DNA of 64,000 bases, from contig UQUU01000006.1 of assembly GCA_900544275.1 (NCBI GenBank), positions 40,742 to 104,741 of the forward strand, given 5' to 3'. Both the position numbers and the translations under genes were made by a program. The notes beneath the pieces were generated by a model. The model saw nothing but the letters and a program-made list of their open reading frames with translations, was not told the origin of the DNA and made no database searches. The DNA comes from an uncultured Succiniclasticum sp. Lineage in GTDB: Bacteria; Bacillota; Negativicutes; Acidaminococcales; Acidaminococcaceae. This document shows, piece by piece, positions 1-8,839 of the stretch (its first letter is position 1; each line of letters starts with the position of its first letter).

Positions 1-127
1 CACACCTTCCTTAGAAAATTTAATTATAAAAATACATAGTAAATTATATCATATATTGGGAAGATTTTGCAAAACAGCAACTTCTTACCTTTACAATTTA
101 AACACAGCGAGCTGACCACCCGCGTTT

Positions 128-940
128 TTAAGCAAGCGGCCTGCACAGGCAAACGCCCATTCGTCCGGTCTTTCCCTGTTCATAACGATAGGAACAGAAT
201 AACTCGTGATTTTCATTGGTGCAGACGCCGGAATAAAAAATATGCTCTTGGGACAATCCCGCCTCCCGCAGCTGCTGCCCATTCACCTGCGCCAGATCCA
301 GCCAATATTTTCCGCCCCCTTTGGGTTGGAAAAAACCTTCATAACCGGGCATTTGCTCCCGCACTACGTCATCCACCTCATAACAGCAGCCCCCGATACA
401 GGGACCGATGGCGCCCAACAGATTTTCCCGGCGCACGCCAAACCGCTCCGCCATCGTCTTCACCGTTCTTTGGGCAATCCGACCGGCCGTTCCCCGCCAA
501 CCGGCATGAGCCAGACCAATCGTTCCCGTTGCCGGGTCCGCCAGAAGGATTGGCGTACAATCCGCATAAAACAATAATAAAGGCACATTTGCCAGATTTG
601 TTACCAATGCATCCGTATCGGCAATGGTAGTCGTCTGATCCAAAGCCCCGCGACCTATCTCAGCTTCCGTAACTACGGCCACCTTATTCCCATGAACCTG
701 AGCACAGGTCGTAAAACGCCCGACCTGCACACCGATCGTCCGGGCAAAGCGAGAGCGGTTCCGCAACACCTTAGCCGGAGCATCCCCCACATGCAAAGCC
801 AGATTCAGCATGCCCGGAATCAGCTCACTTTCCCCATGCAGCCGACAGGAACAAGCCGTCAGAAAACCGGCGGATGCAAAGGCCGGAAACTGCCCCCACC
901 ACAAATTGTTTTTTGACATCAAAACAAAGTCATTATGCAT
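128..940 (-). CDS. pgeF: Purine nucleoside phosphorylase / polyphenol-oxidase-like PgeF (YfiH, DUF152)
   Basis: Protein shows the YfiH family layout: HGxxV... YADCxPILL... HAGWRG. The ATG start sits directly after the stop of the upstream gene (TGAATG), suggesting translational coupling. Confidence 0.85.
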   Translation of the reverse strand: MHNDFVLMSKNNLWWGQFPAFASAGFLTACSCRLHGESELIPGMLNLALHVGDAPAKVLRNRSRFARTIGVQVGRFTTCAQVHGNKVAVVTEAEIGRGALDQTTTIADTDALVTNLANVPLLLFYADCTPILLADPATGTIGLAHAGWRGTAGRIAQRTVKTMAERFGVRRENLLGAIGPCIGGCCYEVDDVVREQMPGYEGFFQPKGGGKYWLDLAQVNGQQLREAGLSQEHIFYSGVCTNENHELFCSYRYEQGKTGRMGVCLCRPLA

Positions 941-2689
941 TCAATTTCTTCTTTCTGTGCTAATTTTAGACTCACAAACACCACAACGACTACAGCCGTC
1001 AAAGCACATCGGCGTAAATTTCCCTTCAAAAGAGCGTTCTCTTTCCTGCAAAAGATACGTTTTCGTTACCCCCATATCCAGATGATCCCAGGGCAACGGC
1101 GCGTTTAAAGGAAAGCTGCGGCAGGCAAAATCCGCAGGGTCGATTTCAGCCCGCCTAAACGCATCTTTCAAACCAATCTCTTCCCGCGCGGCAAGCAACA
1201 GCACGGCAGACAGTCTGCGGTCGCCCCTTGCTAACGCCGCCTGCAACACGGTTTCTTTCAACGACTCGGTCAGAAGACGGATCCGCCGTTCTTTTTTCAA
1301 ACCGTTTTGCAATTGTTTAAAACGCTGTTTCAGTTCCTTTACTTCTTCCAGCGGCGACCATTGATACGGCGTAAACGGTTTCGGCACAAACGCATTCACC
1401 GAAAGCGTCAGTTCCCCTTTATGTCCCAGTTCTTCCATACGAGCTCGCACCCGACAGACCAGACGAATGATTTCTTCCACGTCTTCCTCTGTTTCTCCGG
1501 GCAGACCGACCATAAAATACAGTTTCACATGAGGCATCCCTGCCTGCGCCGCATATTCCATGGCCTGATAAATATGTTCTTCCGTGATTCCCTTATTGAT
1601 GGCCGCCCGCATTTTCGGGCTGCCGGCTTCCGGAGCCACCGTCATCGTGCGCTGCCCACTGTTGGCCAGGGCCTGTACCAAAGGCAGATCCAGCGAATCC
1701 GCCCGCAGCGAAGCACAGCTGAAAGGCACTTCTTCCTCCATTAATGTACCTGTCAGCGCGCGGATCTCCGGATAATCGGAAACCGCTGCCCCCATCAGCC
1801 CCACCTTAGCCGTCTCTGCCGGCCGTTGACGGATATCCTGCAAGAGGCCTTCCAAATCTCGATTGCGCGGTCGGCGAAAACAATAGCCGGCCATGCAGAA
1901 CCGACAGTGCCGCCCACAGCCCCGGGCCACTTCCACCAAAAACATATTGGCAAATTCCGTATAAGGCGAAATAATAGCCGAAGTATGAGGGAAATCATCA
2001 ATCTCCCTGACCCACTGCCGTTGAATTTGTGCCGGCACCTTTTCCAGAAGAGCCAGCCCGGAAAAAGCGCCGTCCTCATTGTACTGCGCTTCATAAAACT
2101 GCGGTACATACACCCCCGGTAATTGCGCCACAGCCAACAGCATTTCCTTGCGGTTTTTCTTCTCCAGCCGCAGACGCTCCAGCTCTTCCAGCAAACGGGG
2201 CAATATTTCTTCCCCTTCGCCAATAATCACAAGATCCGCAAAAGCAGCCAGCGGTTCCGGATTAAACGAGGCACAGGGACCGCCTAAGATCACAAAAGGA
2301 TCCTGCTCGCCCCGTTCCGCAGCCAGTAATTTAATGTGTCCCATGGACAATGCGGTGAGAAAATTCACGTAGTCCATTTCAAACGACAGACTGACACAGA
2401 TATAGGGAAAATCAGCCAGCGGCCTTTGATTTTCCATTGAAAACAACGGGGTTTTTGTTTTTGCATATTCGGCACATCTGCGCAGATCCGGCAGAAAAAA
2501 GCGCTCACAGGCCCAGCCTTTTTGGTTTAACACCTGATACAGAATATGCAGCCCCAGGTTGGACATCCCCAGATGATAAGTATTCGGGTACAAAAAAGCC
2601 ACCGGAGTACGAGACCCCGGGGCAAATATCTGTGTTCCGATCTCCGCAGCCAGAATCTTTCTGACCTCATTTTGCAAATTCCAGCTCAA
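941..2689 (-). CDS. Radical SAM protein, TIGR03960-like large family with a B12-like N-terminal part
   Basis: Has the CGRHCRFCMAGY radical-SAM cysteine motif and is 582 aa long. The start is TTG, with GTGAGGAA upstream. Precise function unknown. Confidence 0.7.
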   Translation of the reverse strand: MSWNLQNEVRKILAAEIGTQIFAPGSRTPVAFLYPNTYHLGMSNLGLHILYQVLNQKGWACERFFLPDLRRCAEYAKTKTPLFSMENQRPLADFPYICVSLSFEMDYVNFLTALSMGHIKLLAAERGEQDPFVILGGPCASFNPEPLAAFADLVIIGEGEEILPRLLEELERLRLEKKNRKEMLLAVAQLPGVYVPQFYEAQYNEDGAFSGLALLEKVPAQIQRQWVREIDDFPHTSAIISPYTEFANMFLVEVARGCGRHCRFCMAGYCFRRPRNRDLEGLLQDIRQRPAETAKVGLMGAAVSDYPEIRALTGTLMEEEVPFSCASLRADSLDLPLVQALANSGQRTMTVAPEAGSPKMRAAINKGITEEHIYQAMEYAAQAGMPHVKLYFMVGLPGETEEDVEEIIRLVCRVRARMEELGHKGELTLSVNAFVPKPFTPYQWSPLEEVKELKQRFKQLQNGLKKERRIRLLTESLKETVLQAALARGDRRLSAVLLLAAREEIGLKDAFRRAEIDPADFACRSFPLNAPLPWDHLDMGVTKTYLLQERERSFEGKFTPMCFDGCSRCGVCESKISTERRN

Positions 2690-2699
2690 ACTGTATTCC

Positions 2700-4178
2700 T
2701 CACTTCAACTTCTTTTCCAGCAGATCGATCACGGTTTCCAACACCTTTAACCGGGCATAGTACTTGCTGTTGGCTTCCACAATGATCCAGGGCGCATAGT
2801 CCGTATTCGTCCGGGCGATCATCTCATTCACCGCAGCCTCATAGTCCGACCATTTAGCCCGATTCCGCCAATCTTCTTCCGTAATCTTCCACTCTTTTTC
2901 CGGATTTTCTTCCCGATCCTTAAAACGGCGGGCCTGCTCTTCCTGATCGATCTGAAGCCAGAACTTGGCCAAAACCATATTGGCTTCGGACCATTGTTTT
3001 TCCATTTCGTTTATTTCAGCATAACCCCGGCGCCAATCTACATCCGGCGTCAGTTTTTCGATGCGTTCCACCATGACCCGTCCGTACCAGGTCCGGTCAA
3101 AGATGGAGATTTCGCCCGGCGCCGGCACATTCTGCCAAAAACGCCAGAGGTAATGGTACATTCTTTCTACCGCATTGGGCGCAGCATAGGGATACACCGC
3201 AAAGCTCAGCGGATCCATCGCGGCAGTCAGACGACGGATGGCGCCGCCTTTTCCGGCCGCATCCCAGCCTTCAAAAGCAAACACGGCGGAAACCCCTTTG
3301 TAGAACGCTTCGGCCTGCAGTGCCCTGATCTTCTCCTGATATTTCTCCAACTTCTCCTTATATGTGTCTTTGTCCACAGTTTTCGACAAGTCTACCTTAC
3401 TCAACACATCATACGTTTTTTCATTTTCACTTTGGTTGGTCGACGGCTTTTTCGCTGCTTTGTCCGCAGTAAAAGCTTTTACCGCTTTATTAATCTCTTC
3501 CACCACCGTGGTAAAAACCTGATATTTTGCTACTTCCAGATCATCTCCGCTGATCAGATGCCAGGGAGCATTTTCTGTATTGGTAGCTTCCATCATTTCA
3601 CTGTAACATTTCTTAAACTTGTCATAGGAGCCCACTTCAGAATAAATCTCGTCATGGGGGCGCCAGGCTTTCGCCAAGGTACGCTTAATATCTTTCTCGT
3701 TGTTTTTTTGCTGCTCTTCAGACATATGAATGAAAAACTTCAAAAGACAATACTGTCCATCCGTCAATTGTTTTTCAAAAGCATTGATATGTTCAAACGA
3801 AGTACTTACGGCCTCATTTTCTTTTTTTACTTTGATGGCATTTTTAAGATAATACCAGCTGTGGCGATAAACAGACATATTCCCCGGTTCCGGCAACTGC
3901 CGCCAGAACTTACTGAAAAAAGGCATCCGGCGGTCTTCTTCGTTGAATTTAGTCGAAGAATAGACACGGAACCCGCGCGCATCCATAAACTGCATCATAG
4001 TTCCGACGATTTCGCTGCGGCGGGAATGGCGCCAACCCTCGATCACAAGAATCACCGGCATCCCGGCTGCCCGCGCATGTCGCTGGACCCTCCCCAGCTC
4101 ATACCCCAATTTTTCATCCAGAACCTCTTTTAACTCTTCTTTCTTCATTTTAGTTCCCAGATCCACCTGATTCAGCAT
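2700..4178 (-). CDS. ppk2: Two-domain polyphosphate kinase 2 family protein (polyphosphate:AMP/NDP phosphotransferase)
   Basis: Two PPK2 domains are present (FEGWDAAGKGG and VIEGWRHSRRS Walker-like motifs). The preferred start is ATG at 4176-4178 (MLNQVD) because a GGGAGGAGGA RBS lies 9 nt upstream. The six-frame track extends the ORF to 4199 (GTG). Confidence 0.8.
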   Translation of the reverse strand: MLNQVDLGTKMKKEELKEVLDEKLGYELGRVQRHARAAGMPVILVIEGWRHSRRSEIVGTMMQFMDARGFRVYSSTKFNEEDRRMPFFSKFWRQLPEPGNMSVYRHSWYYLKNAIKVKKENEAVSTSFEHINAFEKQLTDGQYCLLKFFIHMSEEQQKNNEKDIKRTLAKAWRPHDEIYSEVGSYDKFKKCYSEMMEATNTENAPWHLISGDDLEVAKYQVFTTVVEEINKAVKAFTADKAAKKPSTNQSENEKTYDVLSKVDLSKTVDKDTYKEKLEKYQEKIRALQAEAFYKGVSAVFAFEGWDAAGKGGAIRRLTAAMDPLSFAVYPYAAPNAVERMYHYLWRFWQNVPAPGEISIFDRTWYGRVMVERIEKLTPDVDWRRGYAEINEMEKQWSEANMVLAKFWLQIDQEEQARRFKDREENPEKEWKITEEDWRNRAKWSDYEAAVNEMIARTNTDYAPWIIVEANSKYYARLKVLETVIDLLEKKLK

Positions 4179-4579
4179 TAAAATTCGTCCTCCTCCCACG
4201 CTTTAATGCCACGAGGCTTTCCCAACACAGCCGCTAATTTAAACCCTCGCGCTAAGTCTTCCCTGTCTAACGGACCGGCATTCATTTCTTTTAGTTCCTG
4301 TCCTGCATTGCCTATTTCCGTCCGGTCAATAGGGGCGTTATCATCCGCCAATGAACCTGACGGCCTACCTTCGTAAGCCGACTCTCCTTCTTGCAGCACG
4401 GCCGCTTTCTCTTCCTTCTCCTGCGGCAACTTCTGCGGTGGCGGCAAAGGCGCCGAAGGCTGTTCTTTGTTCTGCCGCTTGGGGAAAAAGATCGCGGCCT
4501 CCCGCCGCAGTTGGCGAGCCAGTTCTTCTTCGCTCAGAGGACCATTCTGCCCCGTTGTCTTTCTTTCCGCTTCTGCCAT
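4178..4579 (-). CDS. Hypothetical acidic 133-aa protein, translationally coupled to ppk2
   Basis: Strong RBS (AAGGAG-N6-ATG). Its stop overlaps the ppk2 ATG by one nucleotide (TAATG). It fills an otherwise 500-bp gap between floA and ppk2. No transmembrane segment, no recognisable domain; lies where YqfB sits in Bacillus (not compared). Confidence 0.45.
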   Translation of the reverse strand: MAEAERKTTGQNGPLSEEELARQLRREAAIFFPKRQNKEQPSAPLPPPQKLPQEKEEKAAVLQEGESAYEGRPSGSLADDNAPIDRTEIGNAGQELKEMNAGPLDREDLARGFKLAAVLGKPRGIKAWEEDEF

Positions 4580-4702
4580 CCTTTTCTCCTTAGACCAAAC
4601 AACTACTTACGTTTACGCTCTTGCGCCGTTACAGACAAAACACATCACATGCTATCCGGCCGCCGAAACAAATCACTTGTCTGTCGCATCCACCAAAACA
4701 GG

Positions 4703-5680
4703 CTACTTCTCTGTGGAATCTACCCCGGAAATAGACTGGCGCATTTTCGTATCCGCATTAATATTATTCATCCGGTAATAATCCATCACACCCAGACGCC
4801 CCTGCTTCAATGCCTCGGCCATCGCTTCCGGCACCTTTGCTTCGGCTTCCACGACCTTAGCCTTCATTTCCTGGGTATACGCTTTCATTTCCTGTTCCTT
4901 CGCCACTGCCATCGCCCGGCGCTGTTCCGCCTTGGCCTGAGCGATCCGCTTATCTGCTTCGGCCTGATCTGTCATTAAAACGGCGCCGATATTGCGCCCT
5001 ACATCCACATCCGCAATATCAATAGAAAGAATCTCGAAAGCCGTTCCTTCGTCTAACCCTTTATCCAGGACGGTCTTGGAAATATGATCCGGCGATTCCA
5101 GCACATCCGTATGCATTTCCGAAGAACCGACGGTAGTGACAATGCCTTCGCCTACCCGGGCGATGACCGTAGCCTCACCCGCGCCGCCGACCAGTCGTTC
5201 AATATTCGCGCGTACCGTAACCCGTGCCTTGACCCGCAGTTCAATACCATTCTTGGCTACCGCGCTGACCACCGGCGTTTCAATCACTTTCGGATTAACG
5301 CTCATCTGCACTGCTTCCAACACATCACGCCCGGCCAAATCAATCGCACAGGACCGTTCAAAAGTCAGAGGAATCTCTGCCCGATGAGCCGCAATCAACG
5401 CGTCTATCACACGATCCACATTACCGCCGGCCAGATAATGGGCTTCCAGCTGGTTGGAATTCATGTCCAGCCCCGCCTTATTTGCCTTAATCAACGGCAG
5501 CACGATCTTATCCGGCGGTACCCGGCGCAGCCGCATCCCTACCAGATTAAAAATGCTGATGTTGACTCCTGCCGCCAAAGCAGATATCCAGAGCCCCACC
5601 GGCACAAACTGGAAAAAAATAAAGACCGCAAGAATAATCAGTAAAATACTTGCGCTTCCACCTAACAGTTGATTCAACAT
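4703..5680 (-). CDS. floA: Flotillin-like protein FloA (YqfA, UPF0365)
   Basis: Near-colinear match to B. subtilis FloA ([20 protein letters not shown] ... [10 protein letters not shown] ... [13 protein letters not shown]). Start ATG at 5680 with a GGGAGG RBS. The track ORF extends to a TTG at 5704. Confidence 0.85.
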   Translation of the reverse strand: MLNQLLGGSASILLIILAVFIFFQFVPVGLWISALAAGVNISIFNLVGMRLRRVPPDKIVLPLIKANKAGLDMNSNQLEAHYLAGGNVDRVIDALIAAHRAEIPLTFERSCAIDLAGRDVLEAVQMSVNPKVIETPVVSAVAKNGIELRVKARVTVRANIERLVGGAGEATVIARVGEGIVTTVGSSEMHTDVLESPDHISKTVLDKGLDEGTAFEILSIDIADVDVGRNIGAVLMTDQAEADKRIAQAKAEQRRAMAVAKEQEMKAYTQEMKAKVVEAEAKVPEAMAEALKQGRLGVMDYYRMNNINADTKMRQSISGVDSTEK

Positions 5681-5821
5681 CTCATACCTCCCTCGTATAA
5701 TCAATCCCAGCCCTGCTGTTCATTTTTATTGAATTATTGCCTTGTATCATATTTATATTATTATACTATTTTCTGCGCCTTGACGCTACCTAAACTGCCA
5801 TTCCGGCAAAAGATTTCACGC

Positions 5822-5856
5822 ATAAAAATAACAGTGCCGTTTCCGACACTGTTATC
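5822..5856 (-). terminator. Rho-independent terminator downstream of yqeY
   Basis: Hairpin ataacagtg...cactgttat. On the minus strand it is followed by a UUUUUAU run. Confidence 0.5.
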
Positions 5857-5862
5857 AGGGTT

Positions 5863-6318
5863 TCATTGTAGCAAGCTGCGTACCGCCGCATTAATACGTT
5901 TTCCGTCTGCGCGGCCCTGAACCTGCGGCATTACCGCTTTCATGACCTTCCCCATATCCTGAGGACCTGCCGCACCGGTGGAAGCGATGGCTTCCTGTAC
6001 CAGCTTTGTCAACTCTTCGTCACTCATGGCAGCCGGTAAATAAGCCTTCAAAATTTCAATTTCAGCTTGCGTCTGACCGATCAGATCCTGACGCTGCGCT
6101 TTAGTAAATTCCGCCAGGGAATCCTCACGCATTTTTACCGCTTTCATAATGACAGCCAACACTTCATTTTCGGTAAGTTCAGCTTTGTTCTTACCGTTGA
6201 TCTCCGCATTGCGAATGTCCGACCGCACCATACGAATGACCTCCAAACGGAGTTTACCCGCTTCCCGGTCTTTCATCGCCTGCTTCATATCAGCCATTAA
6301 CTTTTCTTTTGTTGTCAT
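5863..6318 (-). CDS. yqeY: GatB/YqeY domain protein
   Basis: Full-length GatB/YqeY-type sequence. ATG at 6318 with GGAGG 8 nt upstream. Adjacent to rpsU, as in Bacillus. Confidence 0.8.
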   Translation of the reverse strand: MTTKEKLMADMKQAMKDREAGKLRLEVIRMVRSDIRNAEINGKNKAELTENEVLAVIMKAVKMREDSLAEFTKAQRQDLIGQTQAEIEILKAYLPAAMSDEELTKLVQEAIASTGAAGPQDMGKVMKAVMPQVQGRADGKRINAAVRSLLQ

Positions 6319-6333
6319 CCGACCCGCCTCCAA

Positions 6334-6510
6334 TTATCTGGACTTACGCTTTCTGGCTGCTTCGGATTTTTTCTTGCGTGCAACACTGGGTTTTTCGTAA
6401 TGTTCACGCTTTCTTACTTCGGAAAGAATGCCGGCCTTCTGGGTTGCTCTTTTAAAGCGGCGCAGAGCGCTTTCCAGGGACTCGCCTTTTCCCACTTTAA
6501 CTTCTGCCAT
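6334..6510 (-). CDS. rpsU: 30S ribosomal protein S21
   Basis: [21 protein letters not shown]... is canonical S21. ATG at 6510 with a GGAGGGAGGGAG RBS. Confidence 0.9.
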   Translation of the reverse strand: MAEVKVGKGESLESALRRFKRATQKAGILSEVRKREHYEKPSVARKKKSEAARKRKSR

Positions 6511-6812
6511 CTGATCTCCCTCCCTCCACACACTTAGGGAAGTGTTAGGTAAGTTTTATTGTCCATAAGGGTTTTAGAAGCATTTTTAGAAACACTTATA
6601 CACAATTTCACTTAATCATTATACTTCAAACAGGAGAGTCTGTCAATAAAAGTCGTAATGAGGCCCGATGTAAAAACAGCCTGAAATTTCGCATACAGAT
6701 TTAATATGATGAATAAGGCAAGAGAAAAAACTTCCCGCTCTTCACACAAAGAACGCCAACATCTCTCCCGTTAGACAAAGGGAAAAAATTCGATCCCTCC
6801 TGCGCCGAAATT

Positions 6813-7160
6813 TTATTTTTCCGGCGGAAACGGAGGCCAGCCCATCGGTTTGCCTCCCAGCAAATGGATGTGCAAATGCTGTACAGTCTGCCCTCCATCT
6901 TCACCGGTATTAATCACCAGACGGAAGCCTTTTTCACGAATGCCCAATTCTGCCGCAATCTGCCCTGCTTTCCCCAGCATGTAGCCGACCAAAGCCGGAT
7001 CCGCTTCCGTCACATTGGCCGCATGCGCCTTGGGTACCAGCAACACATGGGTGGGAGCCGCCGGCTCTAAGTCACGAAAGGCCACCATTTTGTCGTCTTC
7101 ATACACCTTGTCGGCCGGGATCTTTCCCGCTGCAATCTTGCAAAAAATACAATCTGACAT
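6813..7160 (-). CDS. HIT family (histidine triad) nucleotide hydrolase
   Basis: HIT motif HLHIHLLGG present. Protein is 115 aa. Confidence 0.8.
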   Translation of the reverse strand: MSDCIFCKIAAGKIPADKVYEDDKMVAFRDLEPAAPTHVLLVPKAHAANVTEADPALVGYMLGKAGQIAAELGIREKGFRLVINTGEDGGQTVQHLHIHLLGGKPMGWPPFPPEK

Positions 7161-7225
7161 TGCTGTTTCCTCCTTTGGAAATACTAATTATAAATTCATC
7201 CCTAAAAATCATGTTTTTCAACTTA

Positions 7226-8653
7226 CTACTCATTAAGTTCCCAATGCCCGTTATTGCCACTACCTACATATTGTAGGTTATCTATTTCTTTCAAAGCCCT
7301 TTGTATTGTTTTAACACTTACCCCAGCACTATCTGCAATAGCCTGTCTTGTAATCTTATTATTTAATCGCACTTGTGCTTTTATAAATTCGATAAGTTCC
7401 TTCCTATCCTGAGGGACAGCGTGAGGGACAGCGTGAGGGACAGCGTGAGGGACATTTTTCCCTCCAACTTTTTGTGTTGCTACCTTCTTTAAAGGAATAA
7501 CCGTTCTGAATATATCGCCTTCTTCAAATATCGGATTTTGTCCTGAATAAAGCTGTGTGTACTTGTAGGTATTTCGCAATCCTGACCCAAGCTCATCTGC
7601 AAGACCTATTTCTCTGAAAACCTTAGATATAGCCGGATTTTTGGGGAAAGGCTCAAACTTTTGTATATCTAAAGCTCCCATTCCATGAGCCAAGTTACTG
7701 TTTTCAAGAGTAATTTTCTCATCGTCAATAATCATTTTTGCAGGAAAACCACTTGAATAATCTCTATGTGCCAATGTATTCGACACAATTTCTCTAAGTA
7801 TCCTATCTCTTGCATTGACATTTACAATTCCGTCTAAGACAAATAAATCATTCAAATGTTTCTGTCCAAATTTTATAAGCCTATCATAGCTATCAATCAA
7901 ATTCGTGATCACAACATCTCTATCGTCATATCTATCCTTATTTTCAACCCTAAATATTGCATCTGTTTTATGTTGTGGAAGAACAGACATAATAGACCTA
8001 TCTTTGCCAAATAAGAGAATGGCAGCTAATATAATTCCTTCACGCTTTGTTTCCGGATCTGTTAAAATCAAATTAGCACTTCGTAAAAGTTCTTCATCGC
8101 TCATATCTTTCCATGCGTGATTTTGATTTCTTGCAACAGCCATACTCTTGGCTTTCGCAATAACAGAACCATCCAGAAAGTCAATGTCAAGATTGGGATA
8201 TACTTTATTAACAAAATAACTCCCCTGTTTCCTTGCGTATAGCTTATACACAAGTTCCGAATGATCTGTAATATTAATGTCTCCTTCATGAGATCTATCC
8301 CAAATTCTTCCGTTATGTCTGCATACCTGATAGCCTTCTGGCACTCTAATATAAATTACTTTTTTCTCGTCAACCTCAAAGACTTTCGGAAGTAAATAAA
8401 GTGGTGGATACATTTTTTGTGGATTGTTGATTGCAGTAGTAAATTCCTTAATCACTTTATCTACTTTATCTTTATTAACGCCAACAATCTCCCTGTTATC
8501 ATTTACACCAAGTAAAATATGCCCTCCATTTCTATTATTGAAAGAGCATACTGTATCAAAGACATCTTTGGTTAAAGCATTCTTAGATTCTTTAAACTCG
8601 ACGTCTATCTTTTCTCCATTTTGAATTAATTTCTTTATTTCATCTATCGTCAT
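7226..8653 (-). CDS. AlbA_2 (Schlafen-like) DNA-binding / HATPase / C-terminal HTH putative transcriptional regulator, inside an AT-rich island
   Basis: N-terminal divergent-AAA/AlbA_2-type sequence (GEKIDVEFKES..GGHILLGV). C-terminal HTH after a (PHAV)4 linker. ATG at 8653 with GGTGGTG-N9. GC content drops to about 33-35% over roughly 7200-8830. Confidence 0.6.
   Translation of the reverse strand: MTIDEIKKLIQNGEKIDVEFKESKNALTKDVFDTVCSFNNRNGGHILLGVNDNREIVGVNKDKVDKVIKEFTTAINNPQKMYPPLYLLPKVFEVDEKKVIYIRVPEGYQVCRHNGRIWDRSHEGDINITDHSELVYKLYARKQGSYFVNKVYPNLDIDFLDGSVIAKAKSMAVARNQNHAWKDMSDEELLRSANLILTDPETKREGIILAAILLFGKDRSIMSVLPQHKTDAIFRVENKDRYDDRDVVITNLIDSYDRLIKFGQKHLNDLFVLDGIVNVNARDRILREIVSNTLAHRDYSSGFPAKMIIDDEKITLENSNLAHGMGALDIQKFEPFPKNPAISKVFREIGLADELGSGLRNTYKYTQLYSGQNPIFEEGDIFRTVIPLKKVATQKVGGKNVPHAVPHAVPHAVPQDRKELIEFIKAQVRLNNKITRQAIADSAGVSVKTIQRALKEIDNLQYVGSGNNGHWELNE
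7411..7454 (-). repeat. In-frame 12-bp tandem repeat (gagggacagcgt x about 3.7) encoding (PHAV)n
   Basis: Read directly from the sequence. It lies inside the AlbA_2 CDS, between the ATPase part and the C-terminal HTH. Confidence 0.8.
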
Positions 8654-8839
8654 CTGTATTATTTCACCACCTTTATTTCCTAATATTTTCTTCAATAAAA
8701 ACCTTCGAATTTTGAATTTTCATTCTGTCTTTATTAGCTACAGAATTAACATAGATTCCCTGTTTAGATTCAAAAGTTTTTTATAGTTTAATCAACTTAC
8801 TATTGCATTCTGCAAAATTTGCGCAAAATATCTTATTAA

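Noticed and set aside
2994-4133. 379-aa ORF on the + strand antisense to ppk2
   Set aside because: ppk2 has two clear PPK2 domains on the minus strand. The + frame has no RBS and an Phe/Ile/Arg-rich composition.
6532-6812. 280-bp gap between rpsU and the HIT gene, as a possible ncRNA or ribosomal leader
   Set aside because: No convincing conserved structure, terminator or anti-terminator pairing could be discerned by eye. It is probably just the rpsU promoter and 5' UTR.
6701-6904. 67-aa ORF overlapping the 3' end of the HIT gene
   Set aside because: Overlaps the HIT CDS in another frame. No RBS and no conserved features.
7411-7454. Possible CRISPR array, considering also the repeats at 40288, 55892 and 56577
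   Set aside because: The arrays consist of contiguous tandem units of 9-13 bp, or two 34-bp copies. They have no unique spacers of regular length, there are no cas genes, and one array is in frame inside a CDS. These are simple tandem repeats, not CRISPR.
7218-8804. 13-bp near-identical motif at both borders of the AT-rich island, as a possible att duplication
   Set aside because: It is only 13 bp with one mismatch in AT-rich DNA, so chance occurrence is plausible. It is mentioned as weak support only, not called as an attachment site.
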